Source: an uncultured Oligoflexus sp. (GTDB lineage Bacteria; Bdellovibrionota_B; Oligoflexia; Oligoflexales; Oligoflexaceae). From it: a stretch of DNA of 15,574 bases. Below are positions 1-6,216 of this stretch, piece after piece. Made by a program: the position numbers and the translations under genes. The stretch spans positions 1 to 15,574 of the forward strand of contig CAXSGP010000106.1 of the NCBI GenBank assembly GCA_964236955.1, in the 5' to 3' direction. Positions within the stretch are counted from its first letter, which is position 1; each line of letters opens with the position of its first letter. Under the pieces are notes generated by a model. It did not search any database. It had not been told where the DNA came from and saw only the letters and a list, made by a program, of their open reading frames with translations.

Positions 1-7
1 GCGTTAC

Positions 8-51
8 TGGGGATGTTCGACGTTGGCGTAGCCAAACGTCAACAGCCCCTA
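8..51. repeat. Imperfect palindrome (MITE/REP-like element or 3' stem-loop) directly after the HAD gene stop
   Basis: GGGG-A-TGTT-C-GACGTT-GGC (9-27), loop GTA, GCC-A-AACGTC-AACA-G-CCCC (31-49), then TA. There is no U-tract on either strand. Confidence 0.55.
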
Positions 52-687
52 CTATGAGAGAAGAAAATTCAGTGCTGGCTCCTCCAAAAGTTCGCCTTTG
101 AGATGCAAGACCTGCATGCCGGCAGCTGCGGCACCCTCGATGTTGGCAATATTATCGTCGATAAAAAGCGCCTTGCAAGGCTCGACGTTAATATCCTTCA
201 GCAGTGCCGCATAGGTTGCCACATGAGGTTTGCGCATGCCAAAAACATGGGAGTAGTAAGCCCTTTCAAAAAGTTTGTCGAAGCCGCCCGTACCGAGATG
301 CTTGCTTAGCGTTTGATCGAAGGCCTCTTTGTGAATGCCGTTCGTGTTACTCAATAAAAACACCCGATATTTTTTGGCGACGTCTCGAATAAACTGAAGC
401 CTTGCGAGCGGAACATCTTTAAGCATGGCATTCCAGGCTTTATCAATTTCCACTTTGCTCAGCTGTTTACCGGCGGCTTTTCTGATTGCCTGATAAAAAT
501 CCTCGCTGCTGATAGCACCAATCTCAAGGGCGTCAAATATTGCTGACTGGTTCATTTTGGTATAGCTTAAAGCAGCAGCCTCGCCCATAAGGGTGCGTAA
601 GGCCAAGTCGGTCGCGGCAAAATCGATATCCAGAATCACACCGCCAAAATCAAAAATCACCGCTTCCAAATCTCTAGCCATGGCCAT
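52..687 (-). CDS. HAD-superfamily phosphatase (YihX / sEH-N-like)
   Basis: Motif I variant IFDFGGVILD, motif II LLSNTN, motif III RKP, motif IV FIDDNIANIEGA; 211 aa. The start may be 687 or 681. Confidence 0.92.
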   Translation of the reverse strand: MAMARDLEAVIFDFGGVILDIDFAATDLALRTLMGEAAALSYTKMNQSAIFDALEIGAISSEDFYQAIRKAAGKQLSKVEIDKAWNAMLKDVPLARLQFIRDVAKKYRVFLLSNTNGIHKEAFDQTLSKHLGTGGFDKLFERAYYSHVFGMRKPHVATYAALLKDINVEPCKALFIDDNIANIEGAAAAGMQVLHLKGELLEEPALNFLLS

Positions 688-729
688 CCCGCATATTTTT
701 ATAGGGCCGATTTAAGCCTCATATCGCCG

Positions 730-1455
730 CTATTGAGCTCTAGAATTTCGTTTGGTCCAAAGATTGAGCATCTCCACGGCGACGCTAAAGCCCATCGCAA
801 AGTAAATATATCCCTTCGGTACATGAAAGCCTGCCGCGTCAGCAACTAAAACCATACCGATCATAAAGAGAAAGCTCAGAGCCAACATTTTAACTGTGGG
901 ATGGCGCTGTATAAAATCACCGACTGACCTGGCCGTGAAAACCATCACCCCAAGGGCAATGATATTGGCAGTGACCATAATGGATAGGTGCTGGCTCATG
1001 CCCACGGCCGTAATTACCGAGTCGAGAGAAAAGACAATGTCGAGCAGAGCTATTTGCAACAAAATCGAGCGCAAACTCGCTGTTTTTTTAATGGCGCCAT
1101 CGCCATCAGGTCCCGATTCACCGCCTTCCAGCTTATCGTGAATTTCCTTGGTCGCCTTATACATAAGGAAGAGCCCGCCAAAGAAAAGGATGATGGCCTT
1201 GCCACTTACGGGAAAGCTTCCCACATTAAAGAGCGGTTCGACAAGCCCAACCATCCAGGCAATTGTGGCCAGAAGCATAAGTCTTGTAAAAAAGGCTCCC
1301 AGTAGCCCCCAGCGGCGTCCCTTCTCTCTTTGTGCCGGTGGCAGTCGCCCACAAAGTATAGAGATAAAGATTATATTGTCGATCCCGAGAATGATCTCCA
1401 TAGCACTAAGGGTGAGAAGATTAAGGTAGGTCTCCGGCGAACTCAACAGATCCAT
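730..1455 (-). CDS. TerC-family integral membrane protein (YgdQ/UPF0053-like, no CBS domains)
   Basis: EIILGIDNIIFISIL, DIVFSLDSVITAVG and PKGYIYFAM signatures; about 7 hydrophobic segments; AGGAG RBS at 1465-1461. Confidence 0.93.
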   Translation of the reverse strand: MDLLSSPETYLNLLTLSAMEIILGIDNIIFISILCGRLPPAQREKGRRWGLLGAFFTRLMLLATIAWMVGLVEPLFNVGSFPVSGKAIILFFGGLFLMYKATKEIHDKLEGGESGPDGDGAIKKTASLRSILLQIALLDIVFSLDSVITAVGMSQHLSIMVTANIIALGVMVFTARSVGDFIQRHPTVKMLALSFLFMIGMVLVADAAGFHVPKGYIYFAMGFSVAVEMLNLWTKRNSRAQ

Positions 1456-1833
1456 GACAACTCCTTATGAACGCTTTGTGACAAAATACCCGCAAATGGG
1501 AAAAAAACATCAAAAAAGCTGCCGGCAGTTCCTTCATTTTTGTGAGCTACTAGGAAAATATGGCTGGTTTCGCCTTTCCCGAAAAAGGAGATTTTTACAC
1601 CAATATTCTAATGGCTTAGCCTGAGCTCATCCTAGTGAAAAGATCGCTTAATGTCCGCAAAGCCTTGCCCCAAGCCTTACGGGCTTCTTTATTTGACTAA
1701 AAATTTTTGTATTATTTATCAGAATACTGAAGTAATTCTGTAAATCGGAATCATGAGTATATCTAATATAAGCCGAAAATGTGGTTCGGCGTCTCTACAA
1801 AGCACCGTAAATGCTTTTCTATTAGGAAGAATG

Positions 1834-2406
1834 ATGATGCGTCTTTTTTCTCTGTCCCTAGTCTTATTTACTGTTGCTTGTGGACCCTCAAATGACTCAA
1901 AATCTGATCTTATGGGATCAGGGTTTCATGCCACAAAAGCATTGGATTCATCTTTGAATGAACCCATCGCCGCCTCCGCAGATTACCCCCTTGCTCCGAT
2001 CGCATCTTTGACTACTGGTGTGGAATGCACCAAGTCCACCACGACCCGCCAGCCGGGAAACTTCCTCTACTGCGTTCGAAATGTAAGTAAAAATGAAAAA
2101 GATCAAGTCATACAATCGTACGATGATTTGGGTTACCACCTGCAAAATCTCGACCGCGGCAAGATTAAGATCGATCACATGATCCCCCTCTGTATGGGCG
2201 GAGCGAATGATCGCAAGAACCTCTGGCCTCAGTATGAAACGGTATACAAACGTACCGATCCTTTGGAAGCTTCTCTGTGTGTAGCCTTTACAAACGGCTA
2301 CATCACGCGCGAAGAAGCGAAGGAACAGATGCATTATGCCAAGGAAAATTTAAACGAAGCGATTTCAATGTATGACAAAATCCAAGCCTTGATGAACAAT
2401 AATTAA
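1834..2406 (+). CDS. Lipoprotein with HNH (His-Me finger) endonuclease domain
   Basis: AGGA RBS at 1824-1827 precedes ATGATGATG (1831-1839), so 1834 or 1837 is preferred over the ORF-track start at 1753. Signal MRLFSLSLVLFTVA|CG looks like a lipobox. IDHMIPLCMGGANDRKNLWPQ (around 2170-2231) is followed by the helix TDPLEASLC...GYITREEA. Confidence 0.8.
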   Translation: MMRLFSLSLVLFTVACGPSNDSKSDLMGSGFHATKALDSSLNEPIAASADYPLAPIASLTTGVECTKSTTTRQPGNFLYCVRNVSKNEKDQVIQSYDDLGYHLQNLDRGKIKIDHMIPLCMGGANDRKNLWPQYETVYKRTDPLEASLCVAFTNGYITREEAKEQMHYAKENLNEAISMYDKIQALMNNN

Positions 2407-2408
2407 TT

Positions 2409-3263
2409 TTAAGGGCGTATCGTCACGGTCGCCCGAATCGGAAAGTGGTCGGAGGAGTGAATGCGGGTATCGACTTCGATACTCGCAACATTCAGACCAC
2501 GAACAAAAAGCTGATCCAAATGATCGACGGCCCGCCTTGGGTCGTTTGGTATCGGCACGTACTCCAGCCCCAACTTTTCCAGAGTCGATGCCACCGCCCG
2601 AAAATATCGCGGCGTGAAGGTGTTAAAATCTCCAGCAAAAATCATCGGCCCGTCAATCCTTGGCAAACGCTCGATCAAATGCTCAAGTTCTTCCTGAGCC
2701 CGTTTTATCGTTCGGATCAGGGTAGCGTGCAGATTGATGACGGTGAGCATGCGCCCCTCGCCAATTCCGTACTGGGTCACCAGAGCCGCCTTCGGCGTTT
2801 TGAGCAAAGGCTCGGGGTATTTGCAAAGAATGCGCCTCGGTTCAATATGGGGACGCATACGCGCTAAAGTCATCACACCGTCTCGAAGTTTGTCGGCACG
2901 CTCATAGGAGCAGCCATGCACACCCAAAAATCCTTCAAGCGACAGTTCATCCATCGACCGATGGGATAAAAGTGCCTCCTGCAGCATGATGAGGTCGCTT
3001 TGAAAACAAAGGAGCCTGAGATCGTTATAAAAATGTTCTCCGCCTGAGCCTTTAAATATATTCCAAATCGTTACGCGCAGTGGCCATTCTCCCCAATGTT
3101 CCCGCTCTGGCTTGCCCGAATACCAAATAGGCGACGCCACATCCCGATTGATCTTCAAGACCTTGCTGAGACTTCTCAGCACATCGGCATAGACCCGCTT
3201 TGGTTTGCGATGGATTCCGCTCTTTCCACTGGATTTAACTTTCGGGACCTTTTTTATACTCAT
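2409..3263 (-). CDS. Endonuclease/exonuclease/phosphatase (EEP) family protein, YafD/UPF0294-like
   Basis: WNIFKG, LQEA, INLHA, AGDFNT, LDQLFVRG and SSDHFPI motifs; basic N-terminal extension. Confidence 0.9.
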   Translation of the reverse strand: MSIKKVPKVKSSGKSGIHRKPKRVYADVLRSLSKVLKINRDVASPIWYSGKPEREHWGEWPLRVTIWNIFKGSGGEHFYNDLRLLCFQSDLIMLQEALLSHRSMDELSLEGFLGVHGCSYERADKLRDGVMTLARMRPHIEPRRILCKYPEPLLKTPKAALVTQYGIGEGRMLTVINLHATLIRTIKRAQEELEHLIERLPRIDGPMIFAGDFNTFTPRYFRAVASTLEKLGLEYVPIPNDPRRAVDHLDQLFVRGLNVASIEVDTRIHSSDHFPIRATVTIRP

Positions 3264-3317
3264 GAATTCCTGCCCAGGTGGAAGTTACGGTGTCCGGTAG
3301 CCTAGGTGCTCACACGA

Positions 3318-3521
3318 CTAGAAGCGACGCATAAAACGAAGAAAGATGGAAAGGACAAGGCTGAGCACGACGCAGCTGAGAATAGGCACGGTAACGTGGG
3401 TGCGGCCAAATTTAAAATTATAGTTACCCGGCAAATTATTGATCCCATAGCGCTGCAGAAGCATAAAAAACGTGCCGAGGAGCAGCAGGATGAAGATCAA
3501 TACGACAAAGTTTTTGATCAT
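3318..3521 (-). CDS. Small membrane protein, DUF2905-like
   Basis: 67 aa with two hydrophobic helices flanking LPGNYNFKFG...VPILSCVVLSLVLS; the ATG overlaps the GT9 stop (TAATG, 3523-3519). Confidence 0.8.
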   Translation of the reverse strand: MIKNFVVLIFILLLLGTFFMLLQRYGINNLPGNYNFKFGRTHVTVPILSCVVLSLVLSIFLRFMRRF

Positions 3522-4495
3522 TAAGGCTTGCCTTTCAAAAGTTGAAAAATAGACGCGATCACTTCATCGATAGGCAAGTCCGCGGGCGAGGCTTTATGGA
3601 CCATGATCGAGGATGCTGCGCCTTGAGGAAAGGTCCTTAAGGGTTCCCCCGGTAGATAAAGTCCTAAAACCGGGACGCCAAGGGCGTTGGCGACGTGGAG
3701 GGGGCCCGAATCGTGACCGACAAAAAGATCGGCTTCGCTCCAGATCCAGGCAAGCTGCAAAAGATCCTGGGCCCACGTGTCAACGAAATGACAGGCATCC
3801 CACTCGTTAGGAAAAGCCTGGCGAATTCGCATCGTTTCTATGGGAATGCCGGTCCAAAGAACATGATAGCCTGAGGCCTTGACCCGTCTCGCCACTTCCC
3901 CCCAAAGGCTGAGTGGGGCGCAGCGATCGATGCGCCCGGCAAAGGCATGAAGGATAATGAGTTTCTTGTCCTGAAGAATAGGGGGCCGTTCGTAAGCTGG
4001 AAAATTTTTTGGATTGAGACTGGTATGGGCCTCCGCAGGCTGGGCCTGAGGCAGAACCACCGCGAAACTGGCCAGCAAACCCTTCACCACTGCCTGATGG
4101 CGCGGGGGAGGCGGAAAAGCCTTTGACACCAGCCAGCGATTCTTACGACCTTTCAGGGCATAGATTTTAGGCACCCCAGCCAGCCTCATGGCTAGTGCTG
4201 ATTGCCAATTGGTCCCTATGATAAAAGCCTCTTCAAATCTCTGCGCGCGCACCGTAAGGAGGCATTTAAGAAAATTGGCAAGCTTGCCCCGCTTTCGATT
4301 GGGCGCCCGATCCCAGAACGGGTCCGCCGCGAACACCTGCTCGATTCCTGGTAAGAGATATCCAATCTTTGCCGTGTAGTCCTTACACAGAAGGCTGAGT
4401 TGGACGTTGGGGTCACTGGCTAAAGATCGGGCTATGGCCGAAGTAAAAACCAAATCACCTAGGTTATCAAAACACAGCAGCACTACTTTTTTCAT
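3521..4495 (-). CDS. Glycosyltransferase family 9 (ADP-heptose:LPS heptosyltransferase-like)
   Basis: N-terminal KKVVLLCFDNLGDLV and C-terminal FVGHDSGPLHVANALGVPVLGLY. Start moved from 4579 to ATG 4495 because GT9 proteins begin just before the LGD motif. Confidence 0.9.
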   Translation of the reverse strand: MKKVVLLCFDNLGDLVFTSAIARSLASDPNVQLSLLCKDYTAKIGYLLPGIEQVFAADPFWDRAPNRKRGKLANFLKCLLTVRAQRFEEAFIIGTNWQSALAMRLAGVPKIYALKGRKNRWLVSKAFPPPPRHQAVVKGLLASFAVVLPQAQPAEAHTSLNPKNFPAYERPPILQDKKLIILHAFAGRIDRCAPLSLWGEVARRVKASGYHVLWTGIPIETMRIRQAFPNEWDACHFVDTWAQDLLQLAWIWSEADLFVGHDSGPLHVANALGVPVLGLYLPGEPLRTFPQGAASSIMVHKASPADLPIDEVIASIFQLLKGKP

Positions 4496-4736
4496 GTGAC
4501 GTCCAACTAGCGTACAAGCAAAACAGCTTCTATTGTAGGCGAGCCTCTGCGTTCTTACCATCAGTAAGAAATGCGGCATGAGTCCCGCCGAAAATAAATC
4601 GCCAAAGCCGTCAAGGCTTGAATACGCATCCTGAGCGTTATTATTTAAACCAATATTAACATAATCTTATACGATTTTTATGAATTCTATTTCGCAATGA
4701 CCGATGACGTCTAGCAAGATTTGTTTGAGGTAGTAT

Positions 4737-5729
4737 ATGTCAATTCTAATTGTTGAATCCGTCGCCAGGGATATGGACCTACTCGAGCAATTGCTTCGAT
4801 CGTGGGGATACGGAGATATCGTCGCATTTTCCAGTTTGGAAGAAGCCCGGATTCACCTTGGCCTGTCGACTGTTTCCATTCACGCCATGCATGACCTTGA
4901 ACTTGCCATTATCGATATTTCGTCGCCGGAAAGCTTCCCCAAATTTGTGGATGAGCTCAGGCAAAAAATCTACTACCAAGACATTCCCATCCTGACAATT
5001 GCCGAGGGGTCCCGGACTGAGAAAATGCCCCTGGCCTTTGCCTACGGTGCGGCTGATTTCGTAAGTAAACCTATAGCCGACTACGAACTGCGGGCCCGGG
5101 TAAGGAGCTGCCTAAGACTTAAACACGAAGTTGACCGCCGTAAAAGTCGGGAACGCGAACTTCTGGAAGCGAGCCATCAACTTTCCGATTTAAACCGTAT
5201 CCTCGCTACCGTCTCCATGATCGACAGCTTGACCGGAATTCCCAATCGTCGTTGTTTTGACGAAAACTTCGAACAGGAATGGAAACGGACCTTCCGCAAT
5301 GGTGGCAATATAACCCTTATCATCGGTGATATCGATTTTTTTAAACAATTCAACGATACCTATGGCCATCAGAGCGGTGACAACTGCTTGACGCGAGTGG
5401 CCCAAACACTCAAAGCCTGCCTCAAGCGACCCGGTGACCTGGTTGCCCGTTATGGCGGCGAGGAATTCGCGCTCGTTCTGCCTCAGACCAATTCCCATCA
5501 GGCCCTTACCATTTGCAACAATATTCAGACGGCTCTCCTGACGCTTGGCATTGAACATATGGGTTCAAAAGTAAGCCCGAACGTAACGCTAAGCCTAGGA
5601 GTCGCTTCCACCGAACCTTCGGTAACAGGCATCAGTCGCGAGCTGCTCTTGACCCATGCTGACCGGGCCCTTTATGAAGCCAAAAAATCCGGCCGCAATC
5701 GATTCTCAGTGGCAACCGGCACCTCCTGA
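4737..5729 (+). CDS. Response-regulator diguanylate cyclase (REC - coiled coil - GGDEF, WspR-like architecture)
   Basis: Receiver fold (ILIVE, IID, FVSKP), helical linker, DSLTG, DIDFFKQFNDTYGH, I-site RPGD, active site GGEEF; GAGG RBS at 4727-4730. Confidence 0.95.
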   Translation: MSILIVESVARDMDLLEQLLRSWGYGDIVAFSSLEEARIHLGLSTVSIHAMHDLELAIIDISSPESFPKFVDELRQKIYYQDIPILTIAEGSRTEKMPLAFAYGAADFVSKPIADYELRARVRSCLRLKHEVDRRKSRERELLEASHQLSDLNRILATVSMIDSLTGIPNRRCFDENFEQEWKRTFRNGGNITLIIGDIDFFKQFNDTYGHQSGDNCLTRVAQTLKACLKRPGDLVARYGGEEFALVLPQTNSHQALTICNNIQTALLTLGIEHMGSKVSPNVTLSLGVASTEPSVTGISRELLLTHADRALYEAKKSGRNRFSVATGTS

Positions 5730-5855
5730 TCGGAGCTTTAGGCCTTTCCCTGGCCTACCGGCGTCCTATCCCTAGGGCCCGGGTTCCAGCTCTCCTATCA
5801 GGCCTTCAAGAGGCAATTGCTAAGCTCAGGTTTGCGCCCCTCCCTATCCCTATCA
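5725..5855 (-). ncRNA. Candidate structured RNA element (three-way junction, GGA-rich on the minus strand)
   Basis: Basal stem 5725-5735/5792-5802 (10 of 11 complementary) encloses hairpins 5739-5757 and 5758-5782. Seven minus-strand GGA motifs in 5747-5849. Expression and strand are unproven. Confidence 0.3.
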
Positions 5856-6216
5856 AAATCTTTTCTTGCATTTCTAGCATGTCATGACTTCATTTCGAGA
5901 GACCTGGAGGAAATTTTTATTTTTCCTTCAAATATTCTCCGAGATCCTGACAACCCATCGCCAGCATTTAATCAAAAATTGAAAGCATCCTATAAAACCA
6001 GGCAAAAACCAGCCTAAGACCTAAGTTTTCCCGGCTTCAGAAGCGCCCGGGAAAGATGCCTGTTTAGCCGCAAAGGAACGGCGGCCCTGTCTTTCAGAGC
6101 CGACGGCAAAAATTATCAATGCTCACTTTTACGATTGGTATTGACTCAACTGAGAAGGTTGAATAGCCAGGAGAGTAAGAAAGTGCCGCTTAATCCCTAT
6201 TATTAAGGGCCCATGC

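Noticed and set aside
1630..1690. c-di-GMP-I riboswitch suggested by GAAA...GCAAAGCC
   Set aside because: No GGCAAA-P2 stem with a GNRA loop and no proper P1/P3 pairing.
1672..1694. AAGCC-TTACG-GGCTT hairpin as a terminator
   Set aside because: Only a 5-6 bp stem, an interrupted U-tract and no upstream plus-strand gene.
1456..1700. yybP-ykoY (Mn2+) riboswitch before terC
   Set aside because: The conserved GGGGAGUAG core and partner-loop motifs were not found; only AGUAGC is present.
5817..6017. 66-aa TTG-start ORF in the intergenic region
   Set aside because: No convincing RBS, no recognisable motif, non-ATG start.
6141..6169. Sigma70 promoter for the protease gene (TTGACT)
   Set aside because: The 17-nt-spaced -10 would be TAGCCA, which lacks the conserved final T.
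5730..6216. RNase P RNA, tmRNA, SRP RNA, tRNA or CRISPR array
   Set aside because: Signature sequences are absent (GAGGAAAGUCC, tRNA-like ends, SRP domain IV), and there are no regularly spaced repeats of 23 nt or more.
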